64,000 bases of DNA, taken from positions 931 through 64,930 of the forward strand of contig QHPP01000111.1 of assembly GCA_003219125.1 (NCBI GenBank), written 5' to 3'. The first letter of the stretch is position 1; every line of letters starts with the position of its first letter. The notes under the pieces are model-generated. The model did no database searches. It was given only the letters and a program-made list of their open reading frames with translations, and had not been told where the DNA came from. Below are positions 26,192-35,950 of this stretch, piece after piece. A program made the translations under genes and the position numbers. This DNA is from Verrucomicrobiota bacterium. Lineage in GTDB: Bacteria; Verrucomicrobiota; Verrucomicrobiia; Chthoniobacterales; UBA10450.

Positions 26192-27373
26192 ATGGAGGTA
26201 ACGGAAAGATCGGAGAAATTAACAGGCAGGGCATCTCGCGCCCTGACTGCTTTCACCAAATGGCTGAATACCTACGGCGAAACCTCATGGGATCATCAGA
26301 GCTTCTTTGCCGGCCCGCTCGGCGGCCCGGCCAAGTCACTCTATTACCGCAACAAGGGTATTGGAACGGTGGCCGTAGCCCCCATGATTTTCTGTGAAGC
26401 CTTTTTCCCTTCAGCGCGCCGCTTGTTTCACCACCGTTTGCGCTTTCCAATCGCCGATGCGCATTATGCGATGGGCTTTGCCTTTCTCTACCAAGCCACT
26501 GCCGACCCGACATATCTGGCAAGAGCCGTTCATTTTCTCGACCTGCTCAAGCGATCGCGTTCAACCGGCTTCAAGGAATATGCCTGGGGATATCCGTTCG
26601 ATTGGGTGACCAGGAATGGGACGATTAAGGCAGGGACTCCATTGATTACCACGACGCCGTATGTTTATGAAGCATTCCTGCAGCTTTATCAGCTTGAGGA
26701 ACGCGAAGAGTGGAAGGAGATCCTGCAATCGATTGCGCAGCATGCATGCAATGACATCAAAGAATTCAGAACCTCCGACAGGGCAAGCTGTTGCTCCTAT
26801 ACTCCTTTTGACGATGTCGGAGGCGTGGTCAACGCCTCGGCCTATCGGGCTTTTCTGCTGACCAGTGCAGCCCAGGTATTTTCTAACGATGATTATGCAC
26901 AGAGGGCAAAACGAAACCTGAACTTCGTGCTCGACACGCAACAAGCAGATGGATCGTGGTATTACGCCATGGATCAAGTGCGCGACTTTGTCGATCACTA
27001 TCACACCTGCTTTGTCATGAAGGCCCTGGCTAAGATTCGGCAATTGACCGGCGACGAACAAATCCGCTCCGCGCTGGAGAAAGGGGTGAACTATTACCTG
27101 CGCAATCTCTTTGACGTAGACGGGCTACCGAAGCCGTTTTCAAAAGCACCCCGCCTGACTGTATATAAGAGAGAGCTTTATGATTGTGCGGAGTGCATTA
27201 ATTTATGCCTTCTGCTTCGGCGAGAATTTCCACAACTGGAACAGACGTTGCGTAGAGTGGTCCAGCATATTCTGAATTGCCTGGCCTACTATCTTTGCGA
27301 GGAGGCCGTAGGAGAAACCGCGAAGGGCAGACGACAGACGGTAGAGGACCGAGCGTTGATGGATGCCAGCTAA
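26192..27373 (+). CDS. hypothetical protein, possibly an (alpha/alpha)6-toroid fold (polysaccharide-modifying enzyme?)
   Basis: WGYPFDW, NASAYRAFLL and DTQQADGSWYYAMD recall (alpha/alpha)-barrel epimerase/lyase/hydrolase families. I recognise no specific family. Confidence 0.6.
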   Translation: MEVTERSEKLTGRASRALTAFTKWLNTYGETSWDHQSFFAGPLGGPAKSLYYRNKGIGTVAVAPMIFCEAFFPSARRLFHHRLRFPIADAHYAMGFAFLYQATADPTYLARAVHFLDLLKRSRSTGFKEYAWGYPFDWVTRNGTIKAGTPLITTTPYVYEAFLQLYQLEEREEWKEILQSIAQHACNDIKEFRTSDRASCCSYTPFDDVGGVVNASAYRAFLLTSAAQVFSNDDYAQRAKRNLNFVLDTQQADGSWYYAMDQVRDFVDHYHTCFVMKALAKIRQLTGDEQIRSALEKGVNYYLRNLFDVDGLPKPFSKAPRLTVYKRELYDCAECINLCLLLRREFPQLEQTLRRVVQHILNCLAYYLCEEAVGETAKGRRQTVEDRALMDAS

Positions 27374-27393
27374 AATAGCAGAGCGCGTTACGA

Positions 27394-28545
27394 ATGTTTG
27401 ACTTCCTTATTGTCGGTGCAGGCTTCGCAGGTTCGGTGCTTGCCGAGAGAATCGCCAGCCAGCTTGGCAAGACCTGCCTTATCGTCGAGAAACGTAATCA
27501 CATCGGGGGTAACGCCTACGATCATTATGATGCCGCCGGCGTGCTTCTTCACACCTATGGACCGCATTACTTTCGCACGAATTCGCAGCGGATCATCGAT
27601 TACCTCGGTCAATTCACCGAGTGGCGCGAAGTCCAGTATAAGATTCTGTCATGGACGCATGGTCGCTACTGGCAATTTCCCATTAACTTAAATACGTTCG
27701 AGCAACTGATAGGCCGGCCCTCTACGACGGAGGAAATGGAGGCGCAGCTTGCTGAATGGCGCGTCAGGATCGACAGCCCGAAGAATTCGGAGGAGGTGAT
27801 CGTATCGCAGGTTGGATGGAAGTTGTACGAAATGTTTTTCAAAAACTATACGCGCAAACAATGGCGACGTGATGCAAAAGAGCTCGATCCCAGCGTTTGC
27901 GGACGCATACCCATTCGCACCAATCGTGACGACCGCTACCTTTCCGAGAAATTTCAAGCGCTACCGAAGCATGGTTATACGCCGATGTTTCAGAAAATGC
28001 TATCCAATCCAAAAATCGAAGTGCGACTGAACACGGATTTTCGCGAAGCGTGCGCACAGGTGCAATTCCAACACCTTATCTACACCGGCCCAATCGATGA
28101 ATATTACGATCACTGTTTCGGGCATTTGCCATATCGGTCGCTTCGATTTGAGCCGGAAACGTTGAAGCAGGAATTTTTTCAGCCGGCCATGCAGGTGAAT
28201 TATCCCAATGAGCAAGACTTCACGCGCATCGTAGAGATCAAACACGCCACCGGCCAAAAGCTTCCATCAACAACAATTGTGCGGGAATATCCGCAGGATT
28301 TCGGACCCGGTCGAGAACCGTATTATCCGATCCCAGCGCCCGACGCGAGAGCGCTTTATTCAAAGTACGCAGAGCGCGCCGCATTGGAGAAGGACGTAAC
28401 CTTCGTTGGCCGGCTCGCCACTTATCGTTACTATAATATGGATCAGATTGTTGGAATGGCGCTCGCGGAATTTGAGCGCCTTCGAGCTAACCAGCGTGGT
28501 CAAACGTTGATCCAAGGAGAGCCCGTTTTATCAACCAAGATTTGA
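27394..28545 (+). CDS. glf: UDP-galactopyranose mutase
   Basis: MFDFLIVGAGFAGSVLAE, VEKRNHIGGNAYD, YGPHYFRTN, NYTRKQW and GRLATYRYYNMDQ are collinear with characterised Glf proteins. Confidence 0.9.
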   Translation: MFDFLIVGAGFAGSVLAERIASQLGKTCLIVEKRNHIGGNAYDHYDAAGVLLHTYGPHYFRTNSQRIIDYLGQFTEWREVQYKILSWTHGRYWQFPINLNTFEQLIGRPSTTEEMEAQLAEWRVRIDSPKNSEEVIVSQVGWKLYEMFFKNYTRKQWRRDAKELDPSVCGRIPIRTNRDDRYLSEKFQALPKHGYTPMFQKMLSNPKIEVRLNTDFREACAQVQFQHLIYTGPIDEYYDHCFGHLPYRSLRFEPETLKQEFFQPAMQVNYPNEQDFTRIVEIKHATGQKLPSTTIVREYPQDFGPGREPYYPIPAPDARALYSKYAERAALEKDVTFVGRLATYRYYNMDQIVGMALAEFERLRANQRGQTLIQGEPVLSTKI

Positions 28546-28629
28546 ATTTGGACAGAAGCCTCGCGAGGTCTCCTCCGTTCTTACTTTTCGGTCTTTAAAC
28601 GGAAATTTACCGGGTTATTCTTTCTTAGC

Positions 28630-30567
28630 ATGTGCGGCATTTGCGGCCAGTTTAATTTTGCAAGCGACGAGCCGGTCGAGTCAACAACGGTTCGGCATAT
28701 GACCGATACTATCGCTCACCGGGGACCGGACGATGAGGGTTATTTTATCTCCGGTCCGATCGGATTAGGATTTCGGCGGCTTTCCATTATCGATTTGGCC
28801 GGAGGTCATCAGCCGATGTTCGACGCCGAACGAAGCGTTTGCGTCATCTTCAACGGCGAGATCTACAATTACAAGGAACTGCGAGTTGAACTGGAGAGCT
28901 GCGGCCACCGTTTTCGGACTAATTGCGATACCGAGGTGATCGTTCACGGCTACAAAGAGTGGGGGACCGATGTGCTCAATCAGCTCAACGGTATGTTCGG
29001 GCTCGCCATTTGGGATTTTCGGAACAAGCGACTGGTGGTGGCCCGGGATGCGATGGGGATTAAGCTCATTTACTATCGGATTTCCAATGGTGGTTTTACT
29101 TTCGGATCGGAAATTCGCGCGGTCCTAGCCGCGGAAGAATCGCGGCCGGAAGTCGACCCGGTGGCGCTCAACATGTTCCTGCGATTTCGATACACCCCTT
29201 CTCCGCTGACAATTTTTCGCGGAATCCGAAAGCTTGCGCCGGGGACTATGCTGGTTTTGGAAGGAGGAGAATGTCGCGAGGAACGCTGGTACAACTACGT
29301 GCCTCGACCCTTTTCGACCCGGAAGACCGATCAGGAAGCCACCCAGGAACTACTGGAGCTGTACCGGGCTGCGGTAAAACGCCATCTGCTAAGTGATGTC
29401 CCAGTGGGAATACTTCTAAGTGGAGGCCTTGATTCCGGTCTGCTTCTCGCGCTGATGAATGAGCAAGGTGGGCCCTGGCCGGCGTACACGATCGGTTACG
29501 GAGAAGCGTTTGAGGACGATGAGCTCGCAGATGCGGAGGAAACCGCTTCTATTTTAGGAGCTCGCCATATAAAGATAAAACTCGACCAAGGCGAGTTTGA
29601 GCGCTCTCTGCCCAAAATCGTAGAGTGCCTGGAAGAGCCAATTGCGGCTTCTTCCATCGTTCCCATGTACTTCGTCTCGGAGCGCGCGCGACAAGATGTC
29701 AAAGTGGCTCTGATCGGTCAGGGACCTGATGAATTGTTCGGCGGCTATAAACGGCATCTGGGTGTTCATTATGGCGAGTGGTGGCGGTGGTTGCCAGCGG
29801 GTCTACGATCGAGCGTCGGCTTTGCTATCGACCGTTTGCCTCGTAATGAAACACTGAAGCGCGGCGTTTCTTCACTCGGGACTGAGGACCGGCTAAAACG
29901 CTATCAGGACGTTTTTTCTCTGGCCCCAGCACAGGTTATCGATGGGCTTTTTCAGGATGACCTGCGTCCGCGGCGACAGGATCATGAACTGGTTGATTAT
30001 TGGCGAGCGTTGTTACCACAGATGCAGCACATGGATGAACTGGGTGGTTTTCAACTTCTTGAAATTCGATCCTCACTTCCCGACGAGCTGCTGATGTATG
30101 CCGACAAGCTCTCCATGGCCCATAGCCTTGAGGCCCGAGTGCCTTACCTCGATCGCACGGTGGTGGAATACGTGCAACGACTCGGCGCAGACTTCAAAAT
30201 CCGCAACGGGACGCGCAAGTGGTTGCATCGGCAGGTCTGCCAACATTACCTGTCTCCGCGTATCCTCAGGCGGAAAAAGCGCGGCTTTGCCGTAAACGTT
30301 GTGGATCAATGGTTTCAGTCGACGCTGAAAAGCCAATTCTCGGAACTGCTAATTGACAGAAGCTCTCTCATGTTTCAGTTGCTCAAACCTGAGCCGATAC
30401 ACAAGCTCGTGAAAGACCACCAATCCGGGAGACAGGATAACCATAAGCTGCTGTTTAGCCTCGTGATGTTTGAACATTGGTTGCGCAGAACTCGATCACT
30501 CGAATTGGCGGTGCCGGAGCGTGGTTCCTGCTCCAATTCTGTCAATGGAGTGGTTGCACCCGCCTGA
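28630..30567 (+). CDS. asparagine synthase (glutamine-hydrolysing) family amidotransferase, canonical Ntn-Cys form
   Basis: MCGICG carries the Cys2 nucleophile. RGPDD is present, and LLSGGLDSG is the PP-loop. Confidence 0.9.
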   Translation: MCGICGQFNFASDEPVESTTVRHMTDTIAHRGPDDEGYFISGPIGLGFRRLSIIDLAGGHQPMFDAERSVCVIFNGEIYNYKELRVELESCGHRFRTNCDTEVIVHGYKEWGTDVLNQLNGMFGLAIWDFRNKRLVVARDAMGIKLIYYRISNGGFTFGSEIRAVLAAEESRPEVDPVALNMFLRFRYTPSPLTIFRGIRKLAPGTMLVLEGGECREERWYNYVPRPFSTRKTDQEATQELLELYRAAVKRHLLSDVPVGILLSGGLDSGLLLALMNEQGGPWPAYTIGYGEAFEDDELADAEETASILGARHIKIKLDQGEFERSLPKIVECLEEPIAASSIVPMYFVSERARQDVKVALIGQGPDELFGGYKRHLGVHYGEWWRWLPAGLRSSVGFAIDRLPRNETLKRGVSSLGTEDRLKRYQDVFSLAPAQVIDGLFQDDLRPRRQDHELVDYWRALLPQMQHMDELGGFQLLEIRSSLPDELLMYADKLSMAHSLEARVPYLDRTVVEYVQRLGADFKIRNGTRKWLHRQVCQHYLSPRILRRKKRGFAVNVVDQWFQSTLKSQFSELLIDRSSLMFQLLKPEPIHKLVKDHQSGRQDNHKLLFSLVMFEHWLRRTRSLELAVPERGSCSNSVNGVVAPA

Positions 30568-30662
30568 AACCCGAAACGTTCTCCGCCTGGCCGGCATGGC
30601 AGGAGCGGAAATAGTGCCAAGCGACTTACGCTTCAACTGTTAGACGCAAGACCTGCGCTTAG

Positions 30663-31604
30663 ATGATCACGCTAACGAAGGATGTTGTTTATGACCGCGG
30701 CAGAGCTGTCGTTGTTCCTGGGGTGCAGATCGAGGACAAGCGTCTGGTAGTCGAAGGCAGATTTCTGACGGTGGCCCGGCTCAGAGACGAGTGGTATGAT
30801 GAGCTCGGAGATCCCGAAGTCGTTATAAGCTGCCTGAAAAGATGTGTATCAGTCCCAGATCTCTTCACCTTCTGCCAGAGGCTACCCGATACGGTGCCCA
30901 TCTACTCCTACCATCATGAACCTGAGCTTCTTTCTGCGATCCCACTGAAGGATTTTCAGCACTGGTGGAATCATCAGATTAGTTCCGACACGCGAAAGAA
31001 GGCGAAGCGACCTGAGAAGCGCGGGATAGAGATTAAAGAGGTGCCGCTGACGGATGATTTCGTCCGAGGCGTGATGGAAATCTTTAATGAAACCCCGGTG
31101 AGAAGGGGAAAGCCATTCTGGCACTACGGCAAGAGCTTCGACACCGTCAAAGAGGAGCTGTCGAGAAATCTTTCGCGCAGCAAATTTATCGCGGCATATA
31201 ACGGAGCGGAACTGGCCGGCTTCGTCAAGTTGAACTACGTCCCAAAGCGTTTCGCGAATCCCGGACTCATCGTTTCCAAACTGGAAGCGCGTAAGAAGTA
31301 CGTAAACAATGGTCTTATTGCCAAAGCCGTAGAGTTATGTTGTCAAGACGGTCTTTCATATTTGACCTACACGAAATGGCGCCGAGGTACTCAAGCGGAT
31401 TTTCTTATCCGAAACGGCTTTCAGAAGACGTCGGTCCCCAAATATTGGATTCCGCTCACGACCAAAGGTAAATTTGCGCTTAAGCTGGGACTGCACCGTA
31501 ATATTCGAGCCTATATTCCCGATCCGATCTACCGCTCCCTTCTTGGGTTGAGAGGTGCTGTCTACCACAGGCGATATAAAATCGATGCGCAGGAGAGTGA
31601 ATGA
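30663..31604 (+). CDS. hypothetical protein, possibly a GNAT/FemAB-like acyltransferase fold
   Basis: The segment FIAAYNGAELAGFVKLNY...NNGLIAKAVELCCQDGLSYLTY resembles a GNAT core. The support is weak. Confidence 0.55.
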   Translation: MITLTKDVVYDRGRAVVVPGVQIEDKRLVVEGRFLTVARLRDEWYDELGDPEVVISCLKRCVSVPDLFTFCQRLPDTVPIYSYHHEPELLSAIPLKDFQHWWNHQISSDTRKKAKRPEKRGIEIKEVPLTDDFVRGVMEIFNETPVRRGKPFWHYGKSFDTVKEELSRNLSRSKFIAAYNGAELAGFVKLNYVPKRFANPGLIVSKLEARKKYVNNGLIAKAVELCCQDGLSYLTYTKWRRGTQADFLIRNGFQKTSVPKYWIPLTTKGKFALKLGLHRNIRAYIPDPIYRSLLGLRGAVYHRRYKIDAQESE

Positions 31605-31715
31605 CAAGTTTGCTTTGCTGCAATCCGCGATACAACTGGTTTCCTAGTAGGTCCAGTGATGTACTTTTGCCAGCGAATCCATGGCGATATTAACGAAGTA
31701 GGAAGTACTGAGTTT

Positions 31716-31787
31716 GCCGGCGTAGTTTAATGCTAGAATGGTTACTTCGTAAGTAACAGGTGGAGCGTTCAATTCCTCCCGCCGGCT
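31716..31787 (+). tRNA. tRNA-Thr(CGU)-like element, non-canonical (possible pseudogene or foreign tRNA)
   Basis: It has a perfect 7 bp acceptor stem GCCGGCG/CGCCGGC and a perfect anticodon stem GTTAC/GTAAC with loop TTCGTAA (anticodon CGT). The T-loop TTCAATT is present. However, the D-stem is weak (GUUU/GAAU), the D-loop has no GG, and the T-stem needs a 1 nt bulge (GGAG-C-G versus CCTCC). Confidence 0.45.
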
Positions 31788-31855
31788 CTATTTTGCGCGA
31801 AGACGAATAAGTCAAAAGCAAAATCCTCATCAATGCTTAAGTATCTTCAATCATC

Positions 31856-32848
31856 GTGAAAAGTCCTATATTTATTGTTGGGCCCCATCGGGCCGGAAGC
31901 ACGCTGTGGCACAACCTGATTGTAATGTGTCCGGGAATAATGCGGCTGACCGATCCTCGATTTCTCAGCGAACGAAGGCACAAAGACTTCAAATATTTCC
32001 TTGAAACGCAGGCCGGTGACCTGTCCATCGATGAAAACGTGGATCGGATAGTCGAGATGTGCTTTTCGAAACAAGGCATCCCAGGCCTCGACGCGACCTT
32101 CTGGAGATTCGAGAACATCGAGGTAGTCAAGGACCCCGAATTGAAGAAAGAAATCTCGCGCGAGATCAAGCGGTCGGATCGAAGCCTGGGCGCGATTGCG
32201 AGAATACTGATAGAGAAAATTACCGAATTCAGCGACTGCGAAAGGGCCTGTGTTAAGTTTCCCGTCGACGTTGGGCATCTCGCGGAATTGCTGGCATGGT
32301 TTCCGGACTGCAAGATAGTTCATATTACCCGAGATCCCAGAGCAATGGCGATGTCGAAGACAAATGATCCATCGGGCACAGCGATTAGAGTGCTGCAGCA
32401 TCCCCGCCTCGCCTGGTTGATCCGGAAGATGACGGTCTGGCTTGTTATTGCTCAATACCGCAGAACATCTCTGCAGCACATGCGATTCAAGCACCTCCCC
32501 AATTATAGGCTCTTTCGGTATGAAGATTTACTCGCCGATCCCGATATGGTTCTGAAAACATTGTGCAAGTTTATAGACGCCGATTTCACGGAGGATTTAC
32601 TCCATCCAGAGAAAGGCCGGCATGAGCATCAGCGTTCTAGTTTGACCGGTAAACAGCCTAAAGCTTTTGACGCAAATGCGGCTACTCGATGGCGCACCCT
32701 CATATCAGCCTCTGACAACTGGCTCATTACGACTTTGACGAAAAGAAGCATGGAAAGATTTGATTACAATCCCGCGATCCACCCCATTTTTCGACTGAAT
32801 CGTCATTCTCCGGCCTCCGCAGGGGAGCGCTGTGAAGAACCAGCGTGA
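31856..32848 (+). CDS. sulfotransferase-family protein (1 of 4)
   Basis: PIFIVGPHRAGSTLWHNL is a 5'-PSB-type P-loop. VHITRDPRAMAMS is 3'-PB-like. The start is GTG. Confidence 0.8.
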   Translation: MKSPIFIVGPHRAGSTLWHNLIVMCPGIMRLTDPRFLSERRHKDFKYFLETQAGDLSIDENVDRIVEMCFSKQGIPGLDATFWRFENIEVVKDPELKKEISREIKRSDRSLGAIARILIEKITEFSDCERACVKFPVDVGHLAELLAWFPDCKIVHITRDPRAMAMSKTNDPSGTAIRVLQHPRLAWLIRKMTVWLVIAQYRRTSLQHMRFKHLPNYRLFRYEDLLADPDMVLKTLCKFIDADFTEDLLHPEKGRHEHQRSSLTGKQPKAFDANAATRWRTLISASDNWLITTLTKRSMERFDYNPAIHPIFRLNRHSPASAGERCEEPA

Positions 32849-32983
32849 TGTCGGATAGGTTGTATAGGCGGCCGGAGACCGAGCTAATTCCCGCTTAAAT
32901 CTCACTGCGAAACGCGATTTGGAATGTGTTTCTTGGAAAGGAGCCTTCGGTTTCAACGAGGTAAGTTTTAACTGTTAACAGAT

Positions 32984-34792
32984 ATGCCAGGGATAGTTGG
33001 AATCATCAGTCAGAGGCGGCCCGGAGAGTGTGAGGGTCTTGTGAAGTCGATGGTCGACTCCATGAAACACGAGCAATTTTATACCTCCGGAACGTATGTT
33101 GTGCCGGAGATAGGCGTGTACAGTGGGTGGGTCGCGCTTGATGGCTCTTTTGCAGCGGATCAGGTTTTCTTGAACGAGCAGAACGATCTTGCGCTCATTC
33201 TTAGCGGCGAGTGTTTTGTGGACTCGTCAAGTCAGCTACTCAATCTTTATGTAAATGAAGGCGACGAGTTCTTCGGGAAATTAAATGGCCTTTGCAGCGG
33301 GTTGCTGATCGACAAAAGAAAGAAGAAGGCGTTTTTGTTCAATGATCGCTACGGAACTGAACGGATTTATTGGCATAAAGGCTCGGATGCGTTTTATTTT
33401 GCCAGCGAGGCCAAAGCGTTACTCCGGATTCTTCCGGAACTGAGAGAGTTTGATCTGTCCGGTGTTGCGCAGTTCTGCGTTTTCGGGTGTACTTTCAACT
33501 GGCGAACACTGTTCCGTGATATTCAGTTACTCCCAGGCGGTTCGCTGTATACCTTCGAAGAAGGGACTTGCGATAGTCGGCGATACTTCGACGTCCGAAC
33601 GTGGGAAAGTCTGCCAGTTCTTTCGATTGAATCCTTCGAGTCGCAGTTCGAGGAGACGTTCAAGCGAATTTTGCCTCGCTATTTTGATTCGAATTCAAAG
33701 GTCGGCATTTCTTTAACCGGTGGCCTGGATACACGCATGATCATGGCATGCCTTTCTGAGCATCCTGAAAGCCCACTATCCTATACCTTTACGGGGCGCA
33801 CGAGAGAAACGATGGATGACCGCATTGCGGCCAAAGTGGCCGGAGCGTGTGGTCTTCCGCATCGTCTCCTCCGCCTCGAGCGCGATTTTTTCTCAGATTT
33901 TGCCGATCATGCTGATCGTAGCGTCTACATCACGGATGGTTACTTCGGGATTACAGGTGCGCACGAGGTTTACTTCAATAATTTGGCTCGACAATTGGCG
34001 CCCGTGCGCATCACGGGGCTTTTTGGAAGTGAGATCCTGAGAGGCGCCTCTACCTTTAAGCCAATCGGATTATCGCCTTCATTGTTTCATCCCGATTTTG
34101 AGCAGGCGGTGTGTGCCGCGCCGCGCCAGCTAACCGATCAGGTACATCCAGTTACGGCTGCGGCTTTCAGAAACGTGCCATGGAATCTGTTTGGCAGCCT
34201 TGCGGCTTCACGGTCTCAAGTCGTTCTCCGAACACCATATCTTGACAACGAAATAGTGGCCCTCGCATTCCAAGCGCCCGAAAGTATCCGCACCTCCGCT
34301 CAAACGGCGCTGCGCGTTGTCGGAAAAAATAGGAGGGCGTTACTCAATATTCCCACCGATCGGCGGATTGAAAGTAAGGATGGGCGACTTGCCGGCAAAT
34401 TACAACGATTGTTTTTTGAAGGGAGCTTCAAGCTCGATTATCTCTACAACGAAGGAATGCCGCACTGGCTTTCCCCTTTCGACCGGTTTCTCGACGAAAT
34501 TGATTCGCGAGTGAGAATCTTTGGACATCACAAGTATCTCCATTACCGGAGCTGGTTTCGCCGGGAGCTAGCTTCATACATACGAGAGGCACTTTCTGAT
34601 CGTGTAGTCCAGGAGGCGCGATTCTGGAATCCGGTTTTTCTCGCTCAAATGGCCAACGCACACATCGAGGGACGCAGAAATTACATGCTTGAGATCAACA
34701 CCGTGCTTACCCTCGCAGCGATCGAGAGGTTGCTGTTACGGGAGTCGCCTCGTGCCGTTGACCCGCCTTTGTCTATTACTGCTAGTCGTTAG
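32984..34792 (+). CDS. asparagine synthase-like protein lacking the N-terminal catalytic cysteine
   Basis: It begins MPGIVGIIS, with Pro where Cys2 is required, and an in-frame TAA lies 15 nt upstream. The synthetase domain has ISLTGGLDTR (PP-loop-like). Confidence 0.85.
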   Translation: MPGIVGIISQRRPGECEGLVKSMVDSMKHEQFYTSGTYVVPEIGVYSGWVALDGSFAADQVFLNEQNDLALILSGECFVDSSSQLLNLYVNEGDEFFGKLNGLCSGLLIDKRKKKAFLFNDRYGTERIYWHKGSDAFYFASEAKALLRILPELREFDLSGVAQFCVFGCTFNWRTLFRDIQLLPGGSLYTFEEGTCDSRRYFDVRTWESLPVLSIESFESQFEETFKRILPRYFDSNSKVGISLTGGLDTRMIMACLSEHPESPLSYTFTGRTRETMDDRIAAKVAGACGLPHRLLRLERDFFSDFADHADRSVYITDGYFGITGAHEVYFNNLARQLAPVRITGLFGSEILRGASTFKPIGLSPSLFHPDFEQAVCAAPRQLTDQVHPVTAAAFRNVPWNLFGSLAASRSQVVLRTPYLDNEIVALAFQAPESIRTSAQTALRVVGKNRRALLNIPTDRRIESKDGRLAGKLQRLFFEGSFKLDYLYNEGMPHWLSPFDRFLDEIDSRVRIFGHHKYLHYRSWFRRELASYIREALSDRVVQEARFWNPVFLAQMANAHIEGRRNYMLEINTVLTLAAIERLLLRESPRAVDPPLSITASR

Positions 34793-34925
34793 TTTGCCGC
34801 GCTAATAAGCCAATGGAATCATTATTCTCGCTCAACAGAACAATTTATGGTCAGGAGGCTGTCGATGCCGAAATTATATTCGGGCATGCGATTTTCTAGA
34901 AGCGACGCCACGAGTACTTACACGC

Positions 34926-35921
34926 ATGGAAGCAGCCTTGAAACATACAATACGAGAGAGCGACTTGTTGAGGGAACGCGGTCCTAGCCAGAGGTGCCCG
35001 CCAACTTTTTTGGGAATCGGTTCGATGCGGTGCGGCTCAACCTGGCTTTACGAAGCGCTTAAGTGCCATCCCGATATACAACTGAGTGAAAGTAAGGAGC
35101 TGGATTTCTTCTTTATGCCTCAGATGCTGAAGCACGACCTGGACTGGTATGAAGCACACTTCGCACCGGAGGATGGAGGTGATCCGAGACCGGTCCGTGG
35201 AGAGATTTCGCCGTCTTATGCCCGCCTCAAAAGATGGCAGGTTAATCGAATCGCGGAGCTGCTGCCGGGCCTTCGCATTATTCTGACCTTGCGCCATCCG
35301 ATCGAGCGCGTGTGGTCTCAAGTGCTTTACCAAAGTGGATTTTGGGAGCGTAAGGATGTGCGCCAAATCAGCCCAGCGGAGTTTTTGCGCAAAATCGAAA
35401 AGGCCCGTAACAAATTATCTTCTGACTACCTGCGCACGGTAGAAATCTGGTCAAAGGCTTTCGGACGCGAGGCGGTGCATATCGATTTCTTTGATCGGAT
35501 TCACGACGATCCGGAGATTTACGTCAATGGCATTCTACGACATATTGGGGCTGCGACGCCTTGGGCTCTGCCGCCAAACTTAATCAGGAAAAAGGTCTAC
35601 GCGACTAATAGCTTGGTTAAACACGAACGTGAGATTCCGGAGATAGTGCAATGGTACATTGCCGACCGGATGGTAGAGCCCACTGAACGCCTCAATGAGC
35701 TTCTGGAGGGTCAGGTTTCGAGTTGGGTGGACGAAATGCGTACAATTCGAGGAAAGACACGGCTGAGTTGGCGAATTTTGGGGGAACTGAATCGTATCGT
35801 GCTCTCCGTTCCGGAGAGACTGGCTTACGAAGCTTACCACGCAGTTCTTGATCTCAGACTAGCTTTGCGCTGGCGGACGCTGCGAAAGTCATATCTCTCC
35901 TGCAGTTCATCCATTGCGTGA
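34926..35921 (+). CDS. sulfotransferase-family protein (2 of 4)
   Basis: FLGIGSMRCGSTWLYEAL is a 5'-PSB motif. LTLRHPIERVWS is a 3'-PB motif. Confidence 0.8.
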   Translation: MEAALKHTIRESDLLRERGPSQRCPPTFLGIGSMRCGSTWLYEALKCHPDIQLSESKELDFFFMPQMLKHDLDWYEAHFAPEDGGDPRPVRGEISPSYARLKRWQVNRIAELLPGLRIILTLRHPIERVWSQVLYQSGFWERKDVRQISPAEFLRKIEKARNKLSSDYLRTVEIWSKAFGREAVHIDFFDRIHDDPEIYVNGILRHIGAATPWALPPNLIRKKVYATNSLVKHEREIPEIVQWYIADRMVEPTERLNELLEGQVSSWVDEMRTIRGKTRLSWRILGELNRIVLSVPERLAYEAYHAVLDLRLALRWRTLRKSYLSCSSSIA

Positions 35922-35950
35922 TTGAATTTGGCCTTGTTCGAGGGAATCGA

